Source of the DNA: Ranitomeya imitator
Taxonomy: Eukaryota
Reading direction: 5' to 3'
NCBI RefSeq assembly: GCF_032444005.1
Contig: NC_091288.1
Location: 215,078,001-215,142,000, forward strand
Length of the DNA: 64,000 nt
Positions within the stretch are counted from its first letter, which is position 1, and every line of letters starts with the position of its first letter. The notes under the pieces were generated by a model. That model did no database searches. It was given only the letters and a program-made list of their open reading frames with translations, and was not told the origin of the DNA. Made by a program: the position numbers and the translations under genes. Of the stretch, positions 25,509 through 37,800 are shown one piece after another.

Positions 25509-27324
25509 GCGATACTGTCTGCTGAGCCGTGTATCTAATCCTATCCTGTGTGATACTAACTGCTGAGCCTTGTATCTAATCCTATCCTGTGTGATACTGT
25601 CTGCTGAGACGTGTATCTAATCCTCTCCTGTGTGATACTGTCTGCTGAGCCGTGTATCTAATCCTGTCCTGTGTGATACTGACTGCTGAGCCATGTATCT
25701 AATCCTCTCCTGTGTGATACTGACTGCTGAGCTGTGTATCTAATCCTCTCCTGTGTGATACTGTCTGCTGAGCCGTGTATCTAATCCCATCATGTCTGAT
25801 GAGCTGCCCCCGCTGGCAGTCCTTGGTAACAGCAGGCTTCTACCCTATTACTGAGTGTAGTCTGATAATGGCGGTTATTATTACGGGCAGCCGCTCCTGC
25901 CTCCGCTCCTGCCCCCGCTGGCCGAGGTCCTGTGTACACATAACGGTTAATATTAATCAAACCAGACCCCTCTCTCCCCCTCCATTTATTTGTTTTTGTC
26001 TGTTATTGTATTTGAGTCACCAGTTTGTATGTTACTTCATGGAAACCGTCAGCAAGCAGGTTAGCTGCAGTGGTTATAACCTGCTCAGATCCACGCACCA
26101 TTCTTATCATAGCCTAATATAATTATACATAGGCACATGATAAGAAATAGATCCGTGAACAGCAGCCTGCTGACGGTTTCCAAGTCATTCCTTAAAAGTC
26201 TGGCATCCATTCTGTGAACGGATCCATAAAGTGAAGTTACAATTCGCCCCCTTTTCCCTCTTCCCTCCTCCCTTCTATTTCGCAGGTGGTGAATAGGTTA
26301 ACAATGCGAAGTCTTTCCAGGACGCATCCCTTTAATTCCCCAGTCTATGATATCATGGGCTATGAATAGGCAGCCACCTAGTAACCAATGTGTTAACCCT
26401 GGCGGTGAGAGGGTTAACGAGGCGAGCGCTTTCCAGGACCCAGCCTATCTGGAGCGGGCCAGGATCGCTGGCTGTTATCACCCCGCTCAGTGCTCGCAGT
26501 GACCCCGCAGCCGCAGTGTCCACTCTGCTATGTGCCAGTATGGGACCTACAAGCGCAGGTAGGTGGCCTGAAGAAGTCCAGGATGCGCCCCAGTAGCCAC
26601 ATCTAGGGGCTGCGGGAAGTAGGAGACCTGGCGACATCATAGCCGCCCCCAAACCCCCGATGCTACCAGTGCCAGGGCTACCTGCTGATGTTCTCCCATC
26701 CAGGGTGAGGCTTACAAGGTGCCCACCATGTCCGCTGCCAACTCGCTCACTCGCTGGACTACTTGTTGGATGCAGTAAAGGCATCAGAACCCGATAGTTC
26801 CTAAACTAATTTTAGGTGGTCCCCAATTTCCAGAAATCTGTTTGGTCGAGTACCCCTCCCCCCCTGACTTTAAGAATTGTGCCACCACAATTCCATTGTG
26901 CCACCACTATGGACACATGAAGGGGGGTGGGGTGTACATTTCGGGGTCTTCTTTACAGAAAGCACCACCTACTTGCTGACGAGCTCCAGCCATAGATGAT
27001 ATTTTGCAGTCATTGGTACCTCCAATCTCAGTGTGAAAACTTCAGCTGCAGAATTAAGAGTCGATCGCGATGGGTTAATAAAAGCCCACATTACTGCCCC
27101 CCCCCCCCCAATATTCCCTCCCGCGGGCTCACATGACATGCTGAGTCAGGAACAGGCGGCGTGATGCCAGCGGTTTTTGACACCTTCCCAAAATTCAGGA
27201 GTGAATAGCGAATATTGTCCTATAATGTAATAAATATGTTCCGTACGCTGGCCGCATATATATATATATATATCGCCAGACCGTGAGACGGCGCCTTATA
27301 CGAAGCCGCCAAATCTGTCCCAAA

Positions 27325-27349
27325 ATGCAGCGGCACTGGGGGGGGGAAG
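27325..27349 (+). CDS. IGFALS: Candidate short first coding exon of IGFALS (MQRHWGGE + 1 nt)
   Basis: ATG at 27325 and donor G|GTAAAT at 27349/27350 give phase 1, matching the acceptor at 27723/27724; IGFALS has a short phase-1 first exon in mammals. The exon crosses a 9-G homopolymer and other phase-1 candidates exist. Confidence 0.3.
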
Positions 27350-27412
27350 GTAAATGATGGATCTGCCAGCCAGGGGTTTGGGAAAGCGGCCATGTTAGTT
27401 GAGATCCAGCTT

Positions 27413-27421
27413 TTCCGGGAA
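27413..27421. promoter_or_regulatory. Perfect STAT (GAS) site TTCCGGGAA near the IGFALS 5' end
   Basis: Matches TTCNNNGAA about 300 bp before the main exon; IGFALS is a known growth hormone/STAT5b target. Confidence 0.5.
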
Positions 27422-27723
27422 CAGATAGGATATTAGACAAGGACAACTTAGGGAAACTTTTTGGACTTTTGACTTTTTGGCCACGGTCATCAATACCATC
27501 TTTGCCAAGTTTAAAGCTCCTCCTCTTCATTGAGGCCCCTCCCCTCTGGCTATAGGTATTTTCCTGATTGTACGTTATACCCTGTATCAGCCCCGTGTAC
27601 TGACTTTCTTCTGGGTTTCAGCCTACGAACATCATCCAAGCTGTAGGAGTAGAGCTGTAGTGTCCAGAACGGGGGAGAGTCCACTCTTTTGTCTTACTCC
27701 ATTTCCCATTTTCTTCCCCACAG

Positions 27724-29540
27724 AGGTTGCAGCCTTGATCCTTCTCTACAGTTTTGTGACAAGTACCTGTGTGGCCTCGGAGTCTCGAACTACTGAAGGA
27801 GACGGAGCTTTATTATCTGCGGAGACTAAATGTCCCAAATTTTGTGTCTGCAGTTACGACTACAATGAAGACTACAACGTCTTTTGCAGCTCGCGGAACC
27901 TCTCCCGTGTGCCAGACCTTCTGCCCACAAATGTCCGAGCTTTATGGCTGGATGGCAATAATCTTACCACCGTGCCTACAGAAGCTTTCAAAAACTTATC
28001 CCAGCTGGACTTTCTTAACCTGCAAAGTAGCCAACTGACTAATCTAGAGACACACGCCCTCCATGGCCTCAAGGGTTTGGCCCATTTGCATTTAGAAAGA
28101 AACACCTTGAGGTTCTTGGCCCCTAACACCTTCCTTCACACCCAAAACTTGGTCTCCTTGAGCCTCAACAACAATTTCTTCACAAAGATCGAAGATGGCT
28201 TATTCGCAGGTCTTTCACACCTCTGGTACCTAAACTTGGGCTGGAACTCATTGGTGGCCTTTCCGGACACAGTGTTTCATGATCTACCTAACCTTAGAGA
28301 GCTCATTTTGGCTGGAAACCATCTGGCCTACGTTCATTCTCCGTTGTTTGTGAGTTTGGTGGAACTAAAGGAGCTCGACCTCAGTGGGAATATGTTACGA
28401 GGGTTGAAAGCTCACATTTTTATCAAATTACATAAGCTTCAGAAATTGTATCTCAACCACAATATCATCTCCACCATTGCTTTTCGAGCCTTTTTCGGCA
28501 TGAAGTCTCTCCGATGGTTGGATATGTCACAAAATCGTCTGTCTTCCCTTTCTGAAGACACCTTTACAGGTTTACTAAGTCTCCATGTCCTTAGGTTGTC
28601 CAACAATTCTCTTATTAGCTTACGCCCAAGGGTCTTCAAGGATCTCCAGTTTTTAGAAGAGCTAAACTTGAGCTACAACAAGCTCAGGACTCTAGTTGAA
28701 CGAGTGTTTGATGGTCTTGGACAACTTGAATTCTTGTCTTTGAATAACAATAACATTCAGGAGATCCGTCCAGGAGCATTCACAGGACTCTTCAATGTGG
28801 CAGTGATGAACTTGTCGGGGAACTGCCTCAAGACACTTTACGAACATTCGTTCCGAGGACTCGGAAAGCTTCATAGCTTGCACGTGGAGAACAGTTGTAT
28901 CAGCAGGATAAAGCCTCACATGTTCTTGGGCCTCTCAAATCTTCGGAGGCTCTTTCTCCAGCGTAATGACATCTCAGTCATCGATGACAACAGCTTCTCT
29001 GACCTTCAAGATCTACTAGAACTTGACCTTCGGTTCAATAAGTTGACTCAACTCTCAGCTAAATCCTTCATGGGACTCAAAGATCTCTCCTATCTTCTTC
29101 TGGCCAACAACCAACTGCAGACTCTTTCTTCGGAGACCTTCAGTTCATTTCAGAAGCTACAATGGCTTGATCTTTCGGAGAACCTCTTGAATGTTGTGAC
29201 TACTGACACCTTTCTGCCGTTTTCTCGTCTTCGGTATCTCGGTCTTCAAAGGAACCCACTGAAAACCATCTCGATTAGCTCCTTGTTCATGAGTTCTCCA
29301 ATCCAACAGTTTTGGTTACACGGGAACCATTGGGATTGTGGCTGTTCCCTAAAGGACCTAAGAGACTTCTGCCTAAGAAATGTCACCGTTGTCCCCAGAG
29401 TTGTACAATCCGTGTCAGAGGGTTATGATACCAGTCCTCCTAGCTACATCTACAACAACATCACCTGCGCTGGCCCTCCAATGGTTGTTGGACAGGACTT
29501 ACGGGATTTGAGTGATGAACATTTTTCCCAATGTCCTTGA
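27724..29540 (+). CDS. IGFALS: IGF-binding protein complex acid-labile subunit, main coding exon (signal peptide, LRR N-cap, about 20 LRRs, LRR C-cap)
   Basis: Acceptor TTTTCTTCCCCACAG at 27723, then an uninterrupted ORF. N-cap [28 protein letters not shown], regular LRRs, C-cap [19 protein letters not shown]...[26 protein letters not shown] as in IGFALS. The track's start at 27660 is a GTG in the intron. Confidence 0.93.
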
Positions 29541-29969
29541 TTGGAGGGCAACAAACTTGGGGTGATTTACTCCCATTACACAACGTCAAAGTAATGACAC
29601 CCCTGTAGGACACCAGACTTCTCCTTTCAGGAACTGTATCGTTCAAATACCATCTACCAATGGACCGACTGATTATTCAGCCTCTGCTCGATGGTAGCCA
29701 TCATTTTCTGCATTAGTTGGTCTGTGGAGTGTTCCTAGTGGACTGATAAACCCATATACAATGCATGCATGCTTCCTCTATAGTGGACAGACCTTTAGTG
29801 AACGATATAAAACAAGGAATATTCCAATGTCTTGTGGAAATGTTTTCTCATTGGCTTTTTCTACGCGTCCATCTTAAACATGGAATAGAAATGGGAAATA
29901 TCTTATGTAGCAGTCAAATCTCCGTCTTTTCGATACAGAGCTCCCAAAATTCCTCAAAGCTCTACCAGT

Positions 29970-30400
29970 TAAAGAGTTACCATCGTTGTTTCCATTACTG
30001 AGATAGGAGATGACAGTTAGTGCTTATAAATTCCATGGAGAGGGAAGGAGCTAGAGACAGATTCTGCTTCAAGTTCTCCATAAAACTTTCTGAGCACCAT
30101 TCGTCATCTCTCATCTCAGTAATGAGAAAGTCTGTATTCACGTAAGGATAGATTTTTACCTGCGAACTGAGAATTTTGAGAATAAAAGATTAGTCCTGGT
30201 GGAGAAAGGAGCAGATGTCTCTGATAAGATATATTACAAATTTTCCTATTTTCCCATGTATTAATTTTTTATGAAAAATAATACACTTTAAATACCATTA
30301 GCATGGCCTTCAGCCACCACTAGGGGGAGCGTAATGTTTAATTCAATGTATAAATTGTATGCAGTGTGCGCCCCCTAGTGGTGGCATCAGGAGTATAGGA
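29970..30400. repeat. Dispersed MITE-like repeat, second copy near 36370-36650
   Basis: Shared blocks GAGATAGGAGATGACA...GTCATCTC...GTAATG(A/G)GA...TCTGT(A/G)TTCAC with internal inverted repeats. Boundaries are approximate. Confidence 0.45.
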
Positions 30401-31578
30401 TTTAACTATATGGATGGATATGCTGGAGATTTGGAGCTCTGTATCAGAGAAAATATTGAATAAAATTCGGAGGTGTAAAATTTTGGAGCTATTCAGTGAA
30501 CGACATTCTCGACTAAATAAAAATGGATAAAAGTGAACAGAAGAAAAACTGTCATTTTCTTCCGGGAGATGAGGGAAGACGTGGGCTAAAACTCCAGCAC
30601 GTCCCCTCAAGACCAGAGAGGAAAATTGCCAGTCTTGATAAATCGGGGCTTTAGTTTCAATAGAGCAGTGGGGTTTGTTTGCTGTCAAGAACCATGGAGA
30701 CACGGAGGTTCGCACTGGAGCTGCATACTAAAAACGGTATGATATTTTAGTGAAGCTTAGATGGAAAGTATATGCTTTTTTCTACACTGTAGTGTTCGCG
30801 GGCCCCGGGCAAAAGACTCTCAGTTGGCCCCTTTAACATACACCACAATTCATGATGCACCGATACAGCAGAGATATATAGGTATAGTACAATGCCAAAG
30901 ATTTCACTTCTTACATTACATGAGTGATATCCATTGTAAATTCGACGAAAGCTCAGAAACCGGACAGTATAGCCCTCCATACAGTATTATGGGCCCCACA
31001 TAGCCCTCCATACAGTATTGTAGGCACCACATAGCCCTCCATACAGTATTGTAGGCACCACATAGTCCTCCATACAGTATTATGGGCCCCACATAGTCCT
31101 TCATACAGTATTATGGGCCCCACATAGTCCACCATACAGTATTATGGGCACCATATAGTCCTCCATACAGTATTATCGACACCACATAGTGCTCCATACA
31201 GTATTTTGGGCCCCACATAGTCCTTCATACAGTATTATGGGCACCATATAGTCCTCCATACAGTATTATGGGCACCACATAGACCTCCATACAGTATTAT
31301 GGGCCCCACATAGTCCTTCATACAGTATTATAGGCACCACATAGTCCTTCATACAGTATTATGGGCACCATATAGTCCTCCATACAGTATTATGGGCCCC
31401 ACATAGTCCTTCATACAGTATTATAGGCACCACATAGTCCTTCATACAGTATTATAGGCACCACATAGTCCTTCATACAGTATTATGGGCACCATATAGT
31501 CCTCCATACAGTATTATGGGCCCCACATAGTCCTTCATACAGTATTATGGGCACCACATAGTCCTCCATACAGTATTA

Positions 31579-31890
31579 GGCTTGGTTCACATTGCGCTAT
31601 GGCTCAACATTTAACGGACTACGTTACACCGTGGCGGAACGCGGTGTAACGTAGTCCGTTAACGCCGCCATAGACTGCAATGTCGGACGCATCGCTAGTG
31701 ATGTGCCGTCATTTGAGTGACGGACCCGAGACGTGGGCTTCAGCGTTTCCAGGTCCGTCACTGCTAGCACAGATGGAGCTAGCAGAAGCTCCATCTGCGC
31801 TAGCGCTGTGCAAGCGCCGGCACTTGCGTTAGTGCAGTCCGTTTAACGGATATGTTGAACGGACTGCACTAACGTAGTGTGAACCTAGCC
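31579..31890. mobile_element. PIF/Harbinger-type palindromic MITE (312 bp)
   Basis: TIRs GGCTTGGTTCACATTGCG / CGTAGTGTGAACCTAGCC; 3-bp TSD TTA at 31576-31578 and 31891-31893, interrupting one repeat unit of the host. Confidence 0.88.
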
Positions 31891-32956
31891 TTATGGGCAC
31901 CACATAGTCCTCCATACAGTATTATGGGCACCACATAGTCCTCCATACAGTATTATGGGCACCACATAGTCCTCCATACAGTATTATGGGCACCACATAG
32001 CCCTCTATACAGTATTATGGGCACCACATAGTGCTCCATACAGTATAATGAGCCTCGTATATTGCTCCGTACAGTATTATGGGCACGACGTAGTCCTCTA
32101 TACAGTATTATGGGCACCGCATAGTGTTCCATACAGTATACTGAGCATCATATATTGCTCCATACAGTATTATGGGCACCACATAGTCCTCTATACAGTA
32201 TTATGGGCACCACATAGTGCTCCATACAGTATAATGAGCCTCATATAGTGCTCCATAGAGTACTATGGGCGCCACATAGTCCTACATACAGTATTATGGG
32301 CACCACACAGTGCTCCATACAGTATAATGAGCCTCATATAGTGCTCCATAGAGTATTATGGGCACCACATAGCCCTCTATACAGTATTATGGGCACCACA
32401 TAGTGCTCCATACAGTATAATGAGCCTTGTATATTGCTCCATACAGTATTATGGGCACCACATAGTCCTCTATACAGTATTATGGGCACCACATAGTGCT
32501 CCATACAGTATACTGAGCCTCATATATTGCTCCATACAGTATTATGGGCACCACATAGTCCTACATACAGTATTATGGGCACCACATAGTGCTCCATACA
32601 GTATAATGAGTCTCATATAGTGCTCCATAAGGTATTATTGGCACCACATAGTCCTCCATACAGTATTATGGGCACCACATAGTCCTATATACAGTATTAT
32701 GGGCACCACATAGTGTTCCATACAGCATAATGAGCCTCATATATTGCTCCATACAGTATTATGGGCACCACATAGTCCACTATACAGTATTATGGGCATC
32801 ACAGTCATCTATACAGTATAATGAGCCCCATATATTACTCCATACAATATATTAAGCCCCATATATTGCACCATACAGTATTATGGACACCACATAGTGC
32901 TTTATATAGTATAATGAGCCCCATATATTGCTCCATACAATAGAATGAGTCCCATA

Positions 32957-34457
32957 TAGTGGGGGAAATAAGTATTTGATCCTTTGCTGATTTTGTACGT
33001 TTGCCCACTGACAAAGACATGAAGAGTCTATAATTTTAAGGGTAGGTCAATTTTAACATTGAGAGATAGAATATCAAAAAATCACATTGTATAAATCTTA
33101 TAAATTTATTTGCATTTTGCAGTGAGAAATAAGTATTTCATCCCTCTGGCAAACCAGACTTAATACTTGGTGGCAAAAACCCTTGTTGGCAAGCACAGCA
33201 GTCGGACGTTCCTTGTAGTTGATGATGAGGTTTGCGCACATGTCAGGAGGAATTTTGGTCCACTCCTCTTTGCAGATCATCTCTAAATCATTAAAATTTT
33301 GAGGCTGTCGCTTGGCAACTCGGAGCTTCAACTCCCTCCATAAGTTTTCTATGGGATTAAGGTCTAGAGACTGGCTAGGACACTCCATTACCTTAATGTG
33401 CTTCTTTTTGAGCCACTCCTTTGTTGCCTTGGCTGTATGTTTTGGGTTATTGTTTTGCTGGAAGATCAAGCCACAACCCATTTTTATCGTCCTGGCAGAG
33501 GGAAAGAGGTTGTCACTCAGGATTTTACGGTACGTGGCTCCATCCATTCTCACATTGATGAGGTGAAGTAGTCCGGTGCCCTTAGCAGAGAAACACCCAC
33601 AAAACATAATGTTCCCACCTCCATGCTTGACAGTGGGGATGGTGTTCTTTATATCATAGGAAGCATTTCTCTTCCTCCAAACATGGTGAGTTGAGTTAAT
33701 GCCAAAGACCTCAATGTTTGTCTCATCTGACCACAGCATCTTATACCAATCACTCACAGAATCATCCAGGTGTTCATTGGGATACTTCAGACGGCCTGCC
33801 CATGTGCCTTTTAGAGCCTTACCTTACCTTACAGGCATTGCAGGATTTTAAACCTTTATAGCGTAATGTGTTGCCAATGGTTTTCTTGGTGACTGTGGTC
33901 CCAGCTGCCTTGAGATCATTAACAAGTCCCCCCCCCCCCCCCGTGTAGTTTTAGGCTGATCTATCACCTTCCTCATGATCAAGGATACCCCACGAGGTGA
34001 GATTTTGCATGGTGCCCCAGATCAATGTCGACTGACAGTCATTTTGTATTTCTTCCATTTTCTTACCATTGCACCAACAGTTGCCTCTTTCTCACCCAGC
34101 ATCTTACTTATGGTTTTGTAGCCAATTCCAGCTTTGTGCAGGTCTATGATCTTGTCTCTGACATCCTTAGAAGGCTCTTTGGTCTTGCCCATGTTGTAGA
34201 GGTTAAAGTCTGACTGATTAATTGAGTCTGTGAACAGGAGACTTTTATACAGGTGACTATGTAAGACAGCTGTCTTTAATGCAGGTAACGAGTTGATTAG
34301 GAGCTTCTAAATGGTCTGTTGGAGCCCGAACTCTTAATGGTTGGTAGGGGATCAAATACTTATTTCTCACTGCAAAATGCAACATTTATATAATTTATTT
34401 AATGCGATTTTCTGGATTTTATTTTTGAGATTCTATCTCTCAACATTAAAATTAACC
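32957..34457 (-). mobile_element. Tc1/mariner (IR/DR type) transposon with a pseudogenised transposase
   Basis: TIR (T)AGTGGGGGAAATAAGTATTTGATC after TA at the left end; inverted copy at 34349-34457 is truncated. Transposase ATG at 34192 (MGKTKE...); motifs [28 protein letters not shown] (catalytic D replaced by N), [11 protein letters not shown]. Stops and frameshifts present, including one just before ...TKY*. Confidence 0.92.
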
Positions 34458-35687
34458 GCCCCATATAGTATAATGAGCCCCATATATAGTATTGCTCCAT
34501 ATAGTATAATGAGCCCCATATATTGCTCCAAACAGAATATTCCCCATAAAATGCTCCATATATAATGGGCCCCATATGTGATGCGCCAGTGTATGATGGT
34601 CCCCATACATAATGCTCCAAAAAAAATTAAATACTAACCTCTCGTCGCTGGCCACTGCTCTGCTCCAGACTCCGCTGTGTCAGCTTTTTCCGGCTCTTTG
34701 CACCATGACTGTTCATTCAGAGGGTGCACAGACTTGACGTCATCGCGCCCTCTGACCTGAACGTCACAGACAAAAGATGCGGAAGATGCCGCCGCATGGA
34801 GTGGTAAGTATCGCATAGTGCGCCGGTGTCCATGACGGCAAGTGGCCCCACCGCCTGCTCAGGGCCCCGACACTTGCCTGGGTGCGCCGAGTGCTGACGC
34901 CGGCCCTGTGTAGATGCATTGGAGGAATGCAGAAATGGTGCAGAAGGATACACAACTCTCTCGTGCTCGGGATGATCAAGGAGCACCACAGAGCCGCTCG
35001 ATGATGGAGGTTTACGTCACAAGTCATCACCATCTTATAGTGACAGACGTAATGTTCACTCTCTGGTTTTGATTGCTTGCCAAGACCGAGCCATTTTCTA
35101 TGTCTCGAGCTCCTTGCTCAGATCGGAGACCGACAGAGACATTTGAACTTCCCGTCTGGAGATCTCACTGCGCATTTTCTGCTCTACAACCAAACGATCC
35201 CTCAGGTTTACAAGCAGATGGACAATGTTCTTTGCAGCAATCAATGGCCGCTCTTTCTTCAGGAAAAGCTGTATTATTTCAGGGGCCTCTTATCATCGAA
35301 AGAGAGTGATTAACTGACATAGGGGTGGCAAGATGTTGCCGACACATGAAGGCATCACTCAAGGAAAGATTTCATGGTCGGTACAAGGGTCACCCAAGAA
35401 AGAAGGAAGATCTAGGTCTTCTCCTGAGAGAACAACTCAGCTGCACTAACTAGGGGAAGGATTAGTGAGCTCCCCGCGCGGCGGCCATGTTTTTTAGTCC
35501 CGGTCCGACCATGTGTGAAACTATGCGTCATACTGTTAGTTTACAGATCAGAAAACATGGCTGCCACACAGAATGTGGATTGGTCCCAATACTGCGGATG
35601 GCTCGCAGATGTTTCTAGAATCTATCGAACGCGTTAGTACGAAATATGAATTATTTTATTGTGTGAGGCACATAAATGTACAACAAT

Positions 35688-35827
35688 TAGTGATGAACGT
35701 GCTCAGGTCAGGTCCTATCCGGGCGCTAACAGAGTGTATTCGGTGTGATCGATAACTATGCTCCAGTCCCCGCGGCTGCTCGACATGCTCGGATAGGACC
35801 TTATCTCAGAACGTTCACTCATCACCA
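35688..35827. mobile_element. 140-bp hAT-type MITE
   Basis: Ends TAGTGATGAACG...CTCATCACCA, inner inverted repeat GGTCCTATCCG/CGGATAGGACC, near-TSD ACAACAAT/GTAACAAT. Confidence 0.65.
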
Positions 35828-37800
35828 GTAACAATTCAACGACTCAAACGTTATATTGGATTGTAATAATAATTATCGATCGTCCACACTTTGCAGCCAA
35901 ATCTCACAGAGTCGAGGCAGAAAATTCTCAAGTATGGGTTCAGGGCCGCAGACTTCACCACTTGGGGTCCTTCAGAGGCCATGAGGGTGTGAATGTTGGT
36001 GAGGGCACCTACTATGAAGAGCATATTTGGGCGCTCTAGCCATAGTGTCCCTGGTGATAGCCGCTCCCTCCGCCGCCTACTGTAGCCCAAGAGACAACAA
36101 CGTCAAAAAGCAGAGCAAAGACTCCGCTGCCACCTGCAGGCAGAATATGGCGCATATATATATATATAATACACTATACGGTATTATTAACCGCCTCCAG
36201 AGCCTGAACCCTGCAGCACTAGGTTTAGAGAGTGACCGTCGTTTTAATTTAACATCAATAATAAAAATGTTAAAATAAGCAACTTTACAATATATCTTCT
36301 CAAAGACATCTGATTCTTTCTGTTCCTGGACCGATCTCGTTCTCACAATTTGTGGGTAAAATCTCTAACATCAGAAGTCAGTGAAGACAGAGGTTCCCAG
36401 TACTGAGATAGGAGATGACAATCGGTGCTTTTACATTATCTATGGAGACATTCTCCTGCAAGTTCTCCTGAGATGTCAGTTCTAGTTCTCCATAGAACTT
36501 TATAAGCACTAACCGTCATCTCTTATCTAAGTAATGGGAGAATCTGTGTTCACTGGAAGCACATTTTACCCTAGAATTGAGAATGAATTATCAGAAGGAG
36601 GAAGAAGATTTCTCTGATATGACGTGTTACGAAGTTTCTTATTTTCTATTGATTTATGGGGGGGGGGGGGGGGAAACGAGTCACTGGTTAAGGTCAGTTG
36701 TAAAAAAAAAATGGTTGCAAGGAAACCAACCGTTTAGTGCATATTTTACATATTAGTGATCATTATATTTGTCATGTCTCCTCTCCTGCGCCAGCATCTT
36801 TCAGGCATTGTGGTACTAAACGTCCCAACATGTCTTTCTGAAACCTTCCTAGAAATACTCATTTCACAATAATCGGCCAGTAGAAACAGGCTACCAGCCA
36901 TCCAACGAAAGAACCAAATGTGAAATTACTTTTAAGATGGCTTAAAAATCATCACTCTCGGCAGCACATTGTCCTATGTAAGTAGGACATGTGCTGCCGA
37001 GAACAAAGGTTGTCTATGCACACAGACCGGTCTTGTTAACGATCGTTCTGTGCCCATGGAAGTCTAGTTGGCCGTGTTTAAACAGACTATTCAACCATCA
37101 CAAATTGGCTTCTACATAGCCGATCAGCCGTTGTTTAGGGGTCATGGGGGGCGGACCACCCTAAATGCACCATAGGTTAGTGATAGACTGGGCAGAGGGA
37201 GGTAAGACCATCCCAAGGTTCACCATATACAACGGAAGGGGAAAGCAGACAACAAGTGAGCGTAGAAGATGCTACATGGTGGTGTAAAGTCAGCAGGGTG
37301 ATTTTAAGTTATACACATGGTTTTTAGGTTTTCTTTGAAGAGTTCAGGATCTAGGAAATCTTGGAAAAATATGTGTGAGGAACCAACTAGAGGAGAGCAA
37401 AGAAGGAGGTCTTGTGAGGATCAGAGGTTATATGTGGTGAGTTATCAGGAGATTATTGAGGAGACGGGATATCCATACCGTGTTACCAAAGGCTATGAGG
37501 CATCTCCATCTTGTCCTCTCCCTACACATTTTACCATAATCCCACCCAGAGATCTGAATCATCAGAATGTTGTCTTGGATCAAGAGGTCTTCTAGTTTGG
37601 ATGAAAAAAAAGGAACAACAAGAAACATAACAGGTTCTTCAGGGGGTCAAAAGTACAGGCCGGCCGCAATGTAGGAGTGTCGTCACACGTGAACACACCC
37701 TCAGTAACAGTGCCAGAGGCCGCACATACCTGTGGTAAATATTTGCACTTTTCGTGGATCTTAAATGGCAGCTACCTGAGAACAACAGCCAGATTTAAGA

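Larger units (their letters stand above)
30795..34908. mobile_element. Non-autonomous hAT-like element with a long internal tandem array, carrying nested Harbinger and Tc1 insertions
   Basis: 30797-30960 is the reverse complement of about 25320-25490 (GGGCCCCGGGCAAAAGACTCTCAG...). Right end is GCCGGCCCTG at 34908; the left TIR is missing. Internal CATACAGTATTATGGGCACCACATAGTCCTC units. Confidence 0.75.

Noticed and set aside
25944-25960. GGTTAATATTAATC as an HNF1 site for IGFALS
   Set aside because: Half-site spacing does not fit the GTTAATNATTAAC consensus.
27660-27723. ORF-track N-terminus of IGFALS ([21 protein letters not shown])
   Set aside because: Starts at GTG and runs through the polypyrimidine tract of the intron acceptor.
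33098-33757. 219-aa Tc1 ORF as an active transposase
   Set aside because: Catalytic aspartate replaced (QQNNNPKH), N-terminus disconnected by stops and frameshifts, C-terminal frameshift, truncated right TIR.
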